The notes under the pieces: model-generated
The model's input: only the letters and a program-made list of their open reading frames with translations
What the model was told of the DNA's origin: nothing
Databases searched by the model: none
Assembly (NCBI GenBank): GCA_965279375.1
Contig: OZ257156.1
Span: 3,456,001-3,520,000 of the forward strand
Length of the DNA stretch: 64,000 bases
Direction: 5' to 3'
Source of the DNA: Gemmatimonas sp.
GTDB taxonomy: Bacteria; Gemmatimonadota; Gemmatimonadetes; Gemmatimonadales; Gemmatimonadaceae
In this document: positions 41,738 to 51,039 of the stretch, piece after piece
Layout of the letters: the number at the start of each line of letters is the position of its first letter
Position numbering within the stretch: position 1 is the first letter of the stretch
Position numbers and translations under genes: made by a program

Positions 41738-44700
41738 ATGACAGAACCGCTGTACCCGCTGCTTCCTGATGTCGGTGCCGATGCGTTTGAGTCGGAGTTG
41801 CTGGCGCACTGGGAAGAAGAGAAGCTGTTCGAAGCCACCCTCGAGGCGCGCAAGGATGCGCAGCCGTGGGTGTTCTTCGAGGGCCCGCCGACGGCCAATG
41901 GTCGCCCTGGCATTCATCACGTCTTCGCACGCACGATCAAGGATCTCTTCTGCCGCCACCGTGCGATGCAGGGGCACTTCGTGCGTCGCAAGGCTGGCTG
42001 GGATACGCACGGCCTGCCGGTTGAGATCGAAGTCGAGAAGGAGCTGCAGCGCGAAGAAGCGGAGCGACAGGGTGTGGACGTGTCGCAGATCGCCAAGCTG
42101 GGTGGCAAGCAGCTGATCGAGCAGACGGGCGTGGCGGAGTTCAATCGCCGCTGCCGCGAGAGCGTGTGGAAGTATCGCGGCGAGTGGGAGAAGCTGTCGC
42201 AGCGCACGGCGTATTGGCTCGACTACAGCGATCCGTACGTCACGTACCACAATGACTACGTGGAAAGCGTTTGGTGGGCGCTGCGCACGCTGCACGACAA
42301 GGGGATGCTCTTCAAGGGGCACAAGATCCTGCCGTACTGCGCGCGCTGTGGCACGGCGCTCTCCAGTCATGAAGTCGCGCAGGGTTACGACGACGTCGAA
42401 GATCCGAGCGTGTACGTGGCGCTCGATCTGCTCGATGCCAACGGACAGCCCACGCCCGGCGTGCGTCGCCGCATTCTCGTGTGGACCACCACGCCGTGGA
42501 CGCTGGTGTCCAATACCGCGCTGGCCGTGCACCCCGAGCTGCACTACGTCGAGCTGCGCAAGAAGAATACTGAACCCCGTGATACTGCGTGGACGATCAT
42601 CCTCGCGGAAGCACGCGTGCCGGCAGTGCTCGGCGGAGACTGGGCCGATCGCTGGGAGCAGGTGGGCGCGCACTATGGTTCGGCGCTCGTTGGGCTTCGC
42701 TACACGCGTCCGCTCGACTGGGTGCCGTATCCGGAAGAAGGCCGACACGAAGTGATCGTCGCCGAAGACTTCGTCTCGGCGGAGGACGGTAGCGGCATCG
42801 TGCACATGGCGCCGGCGTTCGGTGCGGACGACTACGCGGCGGGACAGCGCCATGGCTTGGCGTTTCTGCAGCCGGTGAACGCGCGCGGCGAATTCACGGC
42901 CGACATCCCCGAGGTGGGCGGTGTGTTCGTGAAGCAGGCCGACGCGCGCATCATCGAAGTACTCAAGGCGCGCGACGTGCTGTGGAAGGCGACGACCTTC
43001 GTGCACTCGTATCCGCACTGCTGGCGCTGCGGCACGCCGCTGCTGTACTACGCGCGCGGCTCGTGGTTCGTGCGCACGACGGCGGTGAAGGACGACTTGA
43101 TGGCGCGCAACGCGCTGGTGAACTGGAACCCCAGCGAAGTGGGCTCCGGTCGCTTCGGCGAGTGGCTGGCCAACAACGTGGACTGGGCGGTGTCGCGCGA
43201 TCGCTATTGGGGCACGCCGTTGCCGGTGTGGGTGAACGACGAAGATCCCTCCGAAATCGACGTCATCGGAAGCTTTGCCGATCTCGCCAAGCGACTCGGC
43301 CGCGAGTTGTCCGACGACTTCGATCCGCACAAGCCGCACATCGATTCGTACACGTGGCCTTCGCCGAGCGGCAAGGGCACGATGCGTCGCGTGCCGGAAG
43401 TGATCGACACGTGGTTCGATTCGGGCTCCATGCCCTTTGCGCAGTGGCACTATCCGTTCGAGAACACGGAGCTGGTGTCGCGGCAGTTCCCGGCGGATTT
43501 CATCGCCGAAGGCGTGGACCAGACGCGTGGCTGGTTCTACTCGCTGATTGCGATCGCGACCGGGTTGGGCGATGCGCTGCCCAACAACGGAGCCGGTACC
43601 GCAGCGCCTTACAAGGCCGTGGTGGTCAATGACCTCGTGCTCGACGCGACGGGACAGAAGATGTCCAAGAGCAAGGGCAACGTCGTCAATCCGTGGGAGG
43701 TGCTCTCGCGCCATGGTGCGGATGCGGTGCGACTGTTCCTGGTCGCATCAAGTCAGGTGTGGGTGCCGCGTCGTTTCGACGAGAACGCCATTCGCGAAAC
43801 CGCAGGGCGTTTCTTGCTCACGTTCCGGAACGTCTACAACGGCATCTTTGCGCAGTATGCCAACTTCGGTTGGACGCCGAGCGACAAGGATCCCGCTGTG
43901 GCGGATCGTCCCGCGCTCGATCGGTGGATTCTGTCGCGTTTGGCGCGCGTGGAGCGCGAGGCCGACCAGCATCTGACCAACTTCGACGCGACAATGGCCG
44001 CGCGTCGCGTGATGCAGTTCATGGACGACGACGTCTCCAAGTGGTACGTGCGGCTGACGCGTGCGCGCTTCTACGAGGTGGAGACGGCGGACAATCGTGC
44101 GGCCTTCGCCACGTTGCATGAAGTGCTGGCCGTGACATGTCGCCTGCTCGCTCCCTTTGCGCCGTTCATGACGGATGCGGTCCATCGTGCGCTCACCGGA
44201 ACGTCTGTGCACCTGGCGGACTATGTGCGCAAGACGCCGGCGCAGACGGACGATGCGCTCGAGACGGCGATGCAAGACATCCGCACGCTGGCCGGACTGG
44301 CGCGCGCCGCTCGCGACGTGGCGGATGTGAGTGTGCGGCAGCCGTTGCTGTCGCTGCAGTGCGTGGTGCCGGGCGATGCGACGGCGACCGCGGCGCTCGG
44401 CGATCTGCTGGCGGCGGAGCTGAACGTGAAGTCCGTGGAGTTCGTGACGTCCACCGACGCATTGGTGTCGCTGGAAGCCAAGGCGAACTTCCGCGCGCTG
44501 GGAAAGAAATTCGCGAAGGAAACGCCGCTCGTGGCGGCGGCCGTGCCGGACATGCCGGTCGATCTGCTGCGCAAGCTGGCGGCGGGGCGATCGGTCACGA
44601 TCGAAGTTGCCGGCGCGTGGCGCTTGATCGAGCCGGACGACGTCACCATCATCCGGCGCGCGTCGGGCGCCGCGGTGGTGCAGGAAGACGGTGGGTACGG

Positions 44701-45034
44701 GGTGGCGCTCGACCCGACGATCACGCCCGAACTGCGAGCCGAAGGATTGGCTCGTGAGATCGTCAGCCGGGTACAGCGTTTGCGAAAGGAAGCACAACTC
44801 GCGGTGAGCGATCGGATCACGGTCGCCGTGGCGGGTGATGAAGAGTTGGAAAGCGCCGTGGCCGCCCATCGGGGCCGCATCGCCGAGGAGGTCCTTGCCG
44901 TCGCGTTGTTCGTCGGTGAGGAGGCGGGCTCGCCATTCCGCGACAACGGGGATGGCTCCACGTGGACAGCGACACAGGTGGCGGACGTTGAAGGACGTCC
45001 CGTCCGACTCGCGCTCTCTAAGGAAGGAATGTGA
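41738..45034 (+). CDS. ileS: Isoleucine--tRNA ligase, type 2 (eukaryote-like clade)
   Basis: 'EGPPTANG.PGIHH', 'GWDTHGLPVE', 'WTTTPWTL', 'SRDRYWGTP', 'EGVDQTRGWFY' and KMSKS. The C-terminal 'EGLAREIV.RVQ.LRK' region has no Zn finger. Confidence 0.96.
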   Translation: MTEPLYPLLPDVGADAFESELLAHWEEEKLFEATLEARKDAQPWVFFEGPPTANGRPGIHHVFARTIKDLFCRHRAMQGHFVRRKAGWDTHGLPVEIEVEKELQREEAERQGVDVSQIAKLGGKQLIEQTGVAEFNRRCRESVWKYRGEWEKLSQRTAYWLDYSDPYVTYHNDYVESVWWALRTLHDKGMLFKGHKILPYCARCGTALSSHEVAQGYDDVEDPSVYVALDLLDANGQPTPGVRRRILVWTTTPWTLVSNTALAVHPELHYVELRKKNTEPRDTAWTIILAEARVPAVLGGDWADRWEQVGAHYGSALVGLRYTRPLDWVPYPEEGRHEVIVAEDFVSAEDGSGIVHMAPAFGADDYAAGQRHGLAFLQPVNARGEFTADIPEVGGVFVKQADARIIEVLKARDVLWKATTFVHSYPHCWRCGTPLLYYARGSWFVRTTAVKDDLMARNALVNWNPSEVGSGRFGEWLANNVDWAVSRDRYWGTPLPVWVNDEDPSEIDVIGSFADLAKRLGRELSDDFDPHKPHIDSYTWPSPSGKGTMRRVPEVIDTWFDSGSMPFAQWHYPFENTELVSRQFPADFIAEGVDQTRGWFYSLIAIATGLGDALPNNGAGTAAPYKAVVVNDLVLDATGQKMSKSKGNVVNPWEVLSRHGADAVRLFLVASSQVWVPRRFDENAIRETAGRFLLTFRNVYNGIFAQYANFGWTPSDKDPAVADRPALDRWILSRLARVEREADQHLTNFDATMAARRVMQFMDDDVSKWYVRLTRARFYEVETADNRAAFATLHEVLAVTCRLLAPFAPFMTDAVHRALTGTSVHLADYVRKTPAQTDDALETAMQDIRTLAGLARAARDVADVSVRQPLLSLQCVVPGDATATAALGDLLAAELNVKSVEFVTSTDALVSLEAKANFRALGKKFAKETPLVAAAVPDMPVDLLRKLAAGRSVTIEVAGAWRLIEPDDVTIIRRASGAAVVQEDGGYGVALDPTITPELRAEGLAREIVSRVQRLRKEAQLAVSDRITVAVAGDEELESAVAAHRGRIAEEVLAVALFVGEEAGSPFRDNGDGSTWTATQVADVEGRPVRLALSKEGM

Positions 45035-45453
45035 TGGCTGGATCTACGCCGGCGAAGAAGCCCAAGGCGATGCCCAAGAAGCAGCTCGCGCACTTCGAGA
45101 AGCGTCTCCTCGAGGAGCGCAAGCGCGTCCTCAAGGAGCTCGGCCACCACGGCGATACGTTCGGCCCGAACGGCGATGCGTCCGACGGAGACTCGGGCGC
45201 GTACTCGTTCCACATGGCCGATCAGGGGACCGATGCGATGGAGCGCGAGAAGGCGTTCCTGTTCGCGTCGCAGGAAGGGCGCTTTCTCTGGCACATCGAT
45301 CAGGCGCTGCGTCGGTTGTACAAGACGCCTGAGGCCTTCGGCAAGTGCCACCAGTGCGGCGAGGATATTGCTTTCGATCGCCTCGATGCGCTGCCGCATG
45401 CCCGTTTCTGCTTCGCATGCAAGACGCGCGAAGAAGAGGCGAAGAAGGGCTGA
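45034..45453 (+). CDS. DksA/TraR-family C4 zinc-finger protein
   Basis: Coiled coil with 'HMADQGTD', 'CHQC' and 'RLDALP.A..CFAC'. Confidence 0.88.
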   Translation: MAGSTPAKKPKAMPKKQLAHFEKRLLEERKRVLKELGHHGDTFGPNGDASDGDSGAYSFHMADQGTDAMEREKAFLFASQEGRFLWHIDQALRRLYKTPEAFGKCHQCGEDIAFDRLDALPHARFCFACKTREEEAKKG

Positions 45454-45465
45454 CGTGAGCGCACT

Positions 45466-45999
45466 GTGAAGGCACTCGTTTCCTTGCCGGTCATCATCAC
45501 CGTCCTCCTGCTCGACATCATCTCGAAGCAGGTGGCGGTGAATGTGCTGGCACCGTCCGGCATGCCGCAGTCATTTCTGGGTGAAGTCGTGCGCTTCGCG
45601 CTCGTCTACAATCCGGGTGCGGCGTTCGGACTGTACCTCGGTGGCTACTCGCGATGGATTTTCATGGCGCTGACCTTTGGCGCGCTGATCATTCTGTGGC
45701 GCTTGTATCGCGCGGCCGAGAGCACCGATCTGCGTCGGGTGCTGGCCGTGTCGCTGGTGGCGGCCGGTGCGATGGGCAATCTCGTTGATCGTATTGCGTC
45801 GGAACTTGGCGTCGTGGATTTCATCGACGTCGGTTTCGGTGCGCATCGCTGGCCGACGTTCAACGTGGCCGACATGGCGGTCAGCGTCGGTGCGTTTTTG
45901 CTGGCGTTGGTACTGTGGCGTGAGGAGCAGCACGGTGCTCAGCAGGCCGCTCCTGCGGTCGACGCAACGGTGGCCGACGCCGTGGGGGAGTCGCGATGA
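45466..45999 (+). CDS. lspA: Lipoprotein signal peptidase II (copy 1)
   Basis: 'DIISK', 'NPGAAFG', 'GNLVDR', 'VVDFI' and 'FNVAD'. Confidence 0.93.
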   Translation: MKALVSLPVIITVLLLDIISKQVAVNVLAPSGMPQSFLGEVVRFALVYNPGAAFGLYLGGYSRWIFMALTFGALIILWRLYRAAESTDLRRVLAVSLVAAGAMGNLVDRIASELGVVDFIDVGFGAHRWPTFNVADMAVSVGAFLLALVLWREEQHGAQQAAPAVDATVADAVGESR

Positions 46000-46532
46000 G
46001 TGCAACGACGACCACGGGTGAGTCGCCTGCCGCGCCGCTCGGTCGCGCGGCGTCCTCTACGCCGCAGTTCTGGGTGGTCGTGGCGATCGTGACAGTGATC
46101 GACTTCATCACCAAGGCCATCGCCGCTGAGCGGTTGGTGCCGCGTCATGTGCCGCACCCGATTATCGGCGACTTTCTGCGCTTCACGCTAGCTTACAATC
46201 CGGGTGCGGCATTCGGCATGCACCTCGGACCGGCGTCGCGTTGGATCTTTGCGACGTTGAGCGTCATCATCGTCGTCGTGCTGCTGCGCGCGACGGCCGA
46301 CCTCACGCGCGAGTCGCGTCTGGCTGCGATCGGAGTGCCGATCGTCATTGGCGGAGCGATCGGCAACTTGCTCGATCGGATTCGTTATCGGGATGGCGTA
46401 GTGGATTTCATTGACATCGGAGTGGGCGACGTGCGGTTCTGGACCTTCAACGTGGCCGACTCTGCGGTGACCGTCGGGGCAGTTTGTCTGGTGCTGGCGC
46501 TGTGGCGTCAGGACCAAGACGCGCAATCATGA
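45996..46532 (+). CDS. lspA: Lipoprotein signal peptidase II (copy 2)
   Basis: 'DFITK', 'NPGAAFG', 'GNLLDR', 'VVDFI' and 'FNVAD'. Confidence 0.93.
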   Translation: MSATTTTGESPAAPLGRAASSTPQFWVVVAIVTVIDFITKAIAAERLVPRHVPHPIIGDFLRFTLAYNPGAAFGMHLGPASRWIFATLSVIIVVVLLRATADLTRESRLAAIGVPIVIGGAIGNLLDRIRYRDGVVDFIDIGVGDVRFWTFNVADSAVTVGAVCLVLALWRQDQDAQS

Positions 46533-47554
46533 GCGCCCCCGACACCGTCTACACGTTCGACATCAGCGAAGAGGCAGGAGAACGCCTCGACCTCGTGGTC
46601 GCTCGTCACTGCGACACCTCCCGCACGCAGGCTGCCACGCTCATCGCGAACGGCAACGTGCTGGTCAACGCGAAGGCGTTCAAGGCGTCGTATCGCACCG
46701 AGCCGGGCGATGCGGTGCAGGTAACCGTGCCGGCCCCGCCCGGACGCGACATCGAGCCCGAGGACATTCCGCTCAACGTCGTCTTTGAAGACGAGCATCT
46801 CGTCGTCATCGACAAGGCCGCTGGCATGGTGGTGCACCCCGCGCCCGGCAACTGGTCGGGGACGCTGGTGAACGCGCTGATGGGTCGTGGGGAGCCGTTG
46901 GCCGAAGGTGGCGGTACGGATCGTCCCGGCCTCGTGCATCGGCTCGACAAGGAAACGTCCGGGCTGTTGGTGGTGGCCAAGACCGACGCCGTTCATCGCA
47001 AGCTCAGTGCGGCCATCGCGGCGCGTCGCGTCACGCGGCGCTACGCGCTTTTGAGCTGGGGACACCTCAAGGCCGATACGCTGCGCGTGGACAAGCCGAT
47101 CGATCGCGATCCCAAGGACCGGACGCGCATGGCGATCGTGGACGGTGGCAAGCAGGCACGCACCGACTTCATGCGGCTGGCCCGCTTTGATTCCGTGGAC
47201 CTGCTGCGCGCGCATCTGCACACCGGGCGGACGCACCAGATTCGCGTCCACCTGTCGTCGGTGGGGCATCCGGTGGTTGGTGACGATACTTACGGCGGGG
47301 GCGGAGGTCGGCGACTCGCGGAGTTGCCGCCCAAGCGGTTCTTCCTGCATGCGGCGTGGCTGCGCTTTCGCCATCCGGTGACGGGAGAGCTGATGGACCT
47401 GCGCTCCCCGCTTCCCGACGACTTGCGGCGCTCCATCGCGGCCATGAGCGGGATGCCGGAACTCGCCACGACGGATGCACCGCTCGATGTCTTCCGATTC
47501 TTCCAGGCCGACGAGCCTGTCGTTCCCGAACCGACCGACGACGAACTCGAATGA
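46529..47554 (+). CDS. rluD: RluA-family pseudouridine synthase (RluD-like, S4 domain)
   Basis: N-terminal S4 'GERLD', 'HRLDKETSG' and 'TGRTHQIRVH'. Confidence 0.9.
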   Translation: MSAPDTVYTFDISEEAGERLDLVVARHCDTSRTQAATLIANGNVLVNAKAFKASYRTEPGDAVQVTVPAPPGRDIEPEDIPLNVVFEDEHLVVIDKAAGMVVHPAPGNWSGTLVNALMGRGEPLAEGGGTDRPGLVHRLDKETSGLLVVAKTDAVHRKLSAAIAARRVTRRYALLSWGHLKADTLRVDKPIDRDPKDRTRMAIVDGGKQARTDFMRLARFDSVDLLRAHLHTGRTHQIRVHLSSVGHPVVGDDTYGGGGGRRLAELPPKRFFLHAAWLRFRHPVTGELMDLRSPLPDDLRRSIAAMSGMPELATTDAPLDVFRFFQADEPVVPEPTDDELE

Positions 47555-47585
47555 GGGCGTGCCGGGCGCGTCCGCGCGCTCGGCC

Positions 47586-48002
47586 ATGTTGGACGACGAA
47601 GATCGGGCTTATGACGTGGTCGTGCGTGTCGCTGACCAACGCTACGGCATCCCGGTGTCGCAGGTCCGGGAGGTGCTGCGCCCGGGAGTGATCACGCGCG
47701 TGCCCGGCGCCCCCGAGATCGTGGTGGGTATCGTCAACGTGCGGGGCGCTGTCGTCACCGTGCTGGACCTTTCCGCACTGTTGACGGGAGAACGTGCCGT
47801 CACAGCGGCCTCGATCGTCCTGCTTGAGCACGGGACCCGCCTGGTTGGGCTGGCCGTGCAATCGGTGCGCGATGTCCGCACGATCCCGAGCGATGCTGAA
47901 GCCAGCAGCCTGGAGGTCGGCGCGGACGAGGACGTCGTACCGTTGGATGCGGCCGCGTTATGTGCGCGGCATCTGCTCTCTTCCGAGGAGATGCGACAGT
48001 GA
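47586..48002 (+). CDS. cheW: Chemotaxis adaptor CheW
   Basis: 'YGIPV.QVREV', 'ITRVPGAP..VVGIVNVRG.VV.V.DL' and 'GLAV'. Alternative GTG start at 47559. Confidence 0.85.
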   Translation: MLDDEDRAYDVVVRVADQRYGIPVSQVREVLRPGVITRVPGAPEIVVGIVNVRGAVVTVLDLSALLTGERAVTAASIVLLEHGTRLVGLAVQSVRDVRTIPSDAEASSLEVGADEDVVPLDAAALCARHLLSSEEMRQ

Positions 48003-48364
48003 GCCGGACGGTACTGATTTGCGACGATGCGATCTTCATGCGCACGATGGTGGGGGATATCCTCACGCAGGCGGGCTTCGAGATCATTGGCGAAGCGGAA
48101 ACGGGTGTGCAGGCGGTCGAGAAGTATCAGCAGCTCCGTCCTGATCTGGTGACGATGGACATCGTGATGCCCGACATGGGTGGCATCGACGCGGTCCGCG
48201 AGATCACCAAGCACGATCCGACGGCGCGCATTCTCATGTGCAGCGCGATGGGCCAGCAGGCGCTGGTGGTCGAAGCGATTCAGGCCGGCGCCAAGGACTT
48301 CGTCGTCAAGCCGTTTCAGCCGAGCCGAGTGCTCGAGGCCGTGACGCGCGTCCTCGCCGCGTAA
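47999..48364 (+). CDS. cheY: Chemotaxis response regulator CheY (Thermotoga/Bacillus-like)
   Basis: 'VLICDDAIFMR', phosphoacceptor 'VTMDIVMP', 'CSAMGQQ' and 'DFVVKPF'. Confidence 0.92.
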   Translation: MSRTVLICDDAIFMRTMVGDILTQAGFEIIGEAETGVQAVEKYQQLRPDLVTMDIVMPDMGGIDAVREITKHDPTARILMCSAMGQQALVVEAIQAGAKDFVVKPFQPSRVLEAVTRVLAA

Positions 48365-48398
48365 GCGGCAATCGCTCCGTCGTACCGGGACGCACGCG

Positions 48399-50306
48399 AT
48401 GGACCAAGCCCGATACGCGGAGCTCTTTCGCACCGAGTCGCGCGAGCATCTCGGCGAGATCGATGCGGCGCTGCTCGAGCTGGAACAGACGACCGATCGC
48501 ACGCGCCAGAGTGCCGCGATCGCCACACTGTTTCGCGGCACCCACACCATCAAGGGGATGGCGGGGGCGATGGGCTACGCAGTCGTCGAGCAGGTCGCGC
48601 ACGCACTGGAATCACTGCTCGAACGCATGCGGTCTGCCGGTGCATCGGTTGATCGTGCGCTGACTGCGCTGCTGTTCGATGGGAGCGACGCATTGCGTGT
48701 GGCGCTCGACGAAGCCGGCGCGGGGGATGCCCCCTCGAGTTCAGTGATCGAGGTGCTGGCACGGCTGCGCAGCACTGCGGGCGCGTCCGGTGCCGCTTCG
48801 GCCGCGCCGACGCCTGCGCCCAGTGTACCCTCGCTCGAGTCCGCGTCATCCTCGCCGACTGCAGAGACGGCCGCGATCGAGTCGCGCGTAGTCGACGTCG
48901 CACTGACTGCCGATTGTCCGCTCAAGGGCGTGCGCGCGATGCTGGTGATGGCGAGACTGCGCGCCGTGGCGACGGTGCACGCGGTGCAGCCGCCCGAAGA
49001 ACGCTGGGGCGACGAACGCTTTGACGGGGTTTTCGCCGCAAGCTTCTCCGGCGCGATCGATGCGACCGAACTCGAGGCAAGCCTGCGCGCGGCCGGTGAC
49101 GTTGCCAAGGTCCGCATTCGCGCCGCCGACCAAACGAACTCATCGCGCGCCGACAATGCGGCCATGCGCACAGTTCGTATCGACTTGCGTCGTCTCGACA
49201 CGCTGCTCGATCTGGTCGGTGAGTTGGTGATCACGCGCGACCGTTTGCTGCGCGAGACCGAACGCGCGATCGACTCGGGAGCAAACCGAGCGCTCGCGCG
49301 CGCTGCGCAGGACACGGCGCGACTGGTGAGTGCGTTGCAGGACGAAGTGCTGCAGGCGCGCATGGTGCCCGTTGGCCAGGTGTTCGACCGCTTCCCGCGT
49401 CTCGTGCGTGACGTGGCGCGCGAACTGGGCAAGGAAGTGCACTTCACCACAGAAGGGCGCGACCTCGAACTCGATCGATCACTCATCGATGCCATCGGTG
49501 ATCCGATCGTGCATCTGCTGCGCAACGCGCTCGATCATGGCATCGAGGAGCCCGCGCAGCGACGGGCGGCGGGAAAGCCGTCTACGGGTGAGTTGGTGCT
49601 ACGCGCCGGCCGTGACCGCGCAACAGTGGTGCTGCAGGTGGAGGACGACGGTGGTGGCATCGATCGCTTGGCGATTCTCGCGCGGGCGCAGGAGCAGCAG
49701 ATCGTAAGCGCAGACCTGACCACCCTCGACGACGATCAGCTGCTGATGGTTCTCGCACACCCGGGCTTCTCGACGGCGCGCGCGGTCACGGCGATCTCGG
49801 GACGAGGCGTGGGTGTCGATGTCGTCATGACGCGGGTGCGCGCGCTGGGCGGCACGCTGGAGGTGGAGACGCTCGAAGGGCAGGGCACCGTGTTCACGTT
49901 GCGCCTGCCGGCAACACTGGCCATCACGCGCGCGCTGCTGGTGCACGTAGGTGACGAAACGTACGCATTGCCTGCCGCACATGTGATCGAAGTCGCAGAA
50001 TACACGCCCGGCACGATCGTCACGGAGCAGGCGCACGAGCGCATGATGTGGCGTGATGAAATGCTGCCAGTGGTCCACCTTCGCGAGCGTTTCGGACACG
50101 CGCGCGCCGAACGTGAAACGTTTGTTGCCATCGTCGAATCGGCGGGACGACGCGCGGCATTGTTCGTTGATGCATTGCTCGCGCAACAGGACATCGTGGT
50201 CAAGCCGCTCGACGTGGTGCGTGGAAGTAGCGCGCTGTTCAGCGGCGCGACTGTGCTCGGTGACGGTAGCCCCGCACTCATCGTCGATGTAGGCGCGTTC
50301 TGCTGA
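48399..50306 (+). CDS. cheA: Chemotaxis histidine kinase CheA
   Basis: Hpt 'FRGTHTIKG', P2-like domain, 'LDLVGELVI', N-box 'HLLRNALDHG', 'DDGGGID', 'SGRGVG.DVV' and a C-terminal CheW domain. Confidence 0.95.
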   Translation: MDQARYAELFRTESREHLGEIDAALLELEQTTDRTRQSAAIATLFRGTHTIKGMAGAMGYAVVEQVAHALESLLERMRSAGASVDRALTALLFDGSDALRVALDEAGAGDAPSSSVIEVLARLRSTAGASGAASAAPTPAPSVPSLESASSSPTAETAAIESRVVDVALTADCPLKGVRAMLVMARLRAVATVHAVQPPEERWGDERFDGVFAASFSGAIDATELEASLRAAGDVAKVRIRAADQTNSSRADNAAMRTVRIDLRRLDTLLDLVGELVITRDRLLRETERAIDSGANRALARAAQDTARLVSALQDEVLQARMVPVGQVFDRFPRLVRDVARELGKEVHFTTEGRDLELDRSLIDAIGDPIVHLLRNALDHGIEEPAQRRAAGKPSTGELVLRAGRDRATVVLQVEDDGGGIDRLAILARAQEQQIVSADLTTLDDDQLLMVLAHPGFSTARAVTAISGRGVGVDVVMTRVRALGGTLEVETLEGQGTVFTLRLPATLAITRALLVHVGDETYALPAAHVIEVAEYTPGTIVTEQAHERMMWRDEMLPVVHLRERFGHARAERETFVAIVESAGRRAALFVDALLAQQDIVVKPLDVVRGSSALFSGATVLGDGSPALIVDVGAFC

Positions 50307-50395
50307 GCGAACACGCGCCTGTAGTCCAGCTGGATTCCGAACGACTACCGATCTGACGTGATCGTTGCGCTGCCCGAACTGAAAGCGGAGTGAAG

Positions 50396-51016
50396 ATGGA
50401 GGCGATTCGGTCGCTCAAGACGATACAGCTCGATGCGCTGCGCGAAACGGCGAACATCGGCGCGGGGCACGCCGCAACGGCGCTGTCGCAGATGACGGGC
50501 AGCACGATCATGATCAAGGTGCCCGCGATCAGCATCGCCAGCATCGATGATCTCCCCGCGCAGTTCACGGACGAAGAGGAGCCGGTCGCCGCGGTGCTCA
50601 TGCACATGCTCGGCGATTTGAGTGGACGCACCCTGCTCGTCTTTCCGCGTCCGACGGTGATGCGTCTTGCGGAACTGATGCTGCGTCGTCCCGTGGGCTC
50701 GTCGCTCGCGCTCGGTGAGCTGGAGACCTCGGCCATCAAGGAAGCGGGCAATATTCTCAGCGGCGCGTACATGAACGCGCTCAGCGACTTCCTCGGCATG
50801 CTGCTCCTCCCGTCACCGCCCACGCTGGTGATCGACATGTCCACGGCCGTGTTGAGCAGCGCCTTCGCCGAGTTTGCACCGGACCCGGACGCGATCATTT
50901 GCGTCGAGAGCGAGTTCATGCTCACCGAGACCGGTCACACGCTCCGCGGATTCTTCTTGCTTTTGCCGGACCCCGCGTCGCTGCAGGTGATGTTGCGCGC
51001 ACTGCGTCTCGCGTAA
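50396..51016 (+). CDS. cheC: CheY-P phosphatase CheC
   Basis: Two ExxN motifs: 'DALRETANIGAGHAATALS' and 'SAIKEAGNILSG.Y..AL'. Confidence 0.9.
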   Translation: MEAIRSLKTIQLDALRETANIGAGHAATALSQMTGSTIMIKVPAISIASIDDLPAQFTDEEEPVAAVLMHMLGDLSGRTLLVFPRPTVMRLAELMLRRPVGSSLALGELETSAIKEAGNILSGAYMNALSDFLGMLLLPSPPTLVIDMSTAVLSSAFAEFAPDPDAIICVESEFMLTETGHTLRGFFLLLPDPASLQVMLRALRLA

Positions 51017-51039
51017 CCCGCAGGTCAGGCGCAGTGCAG

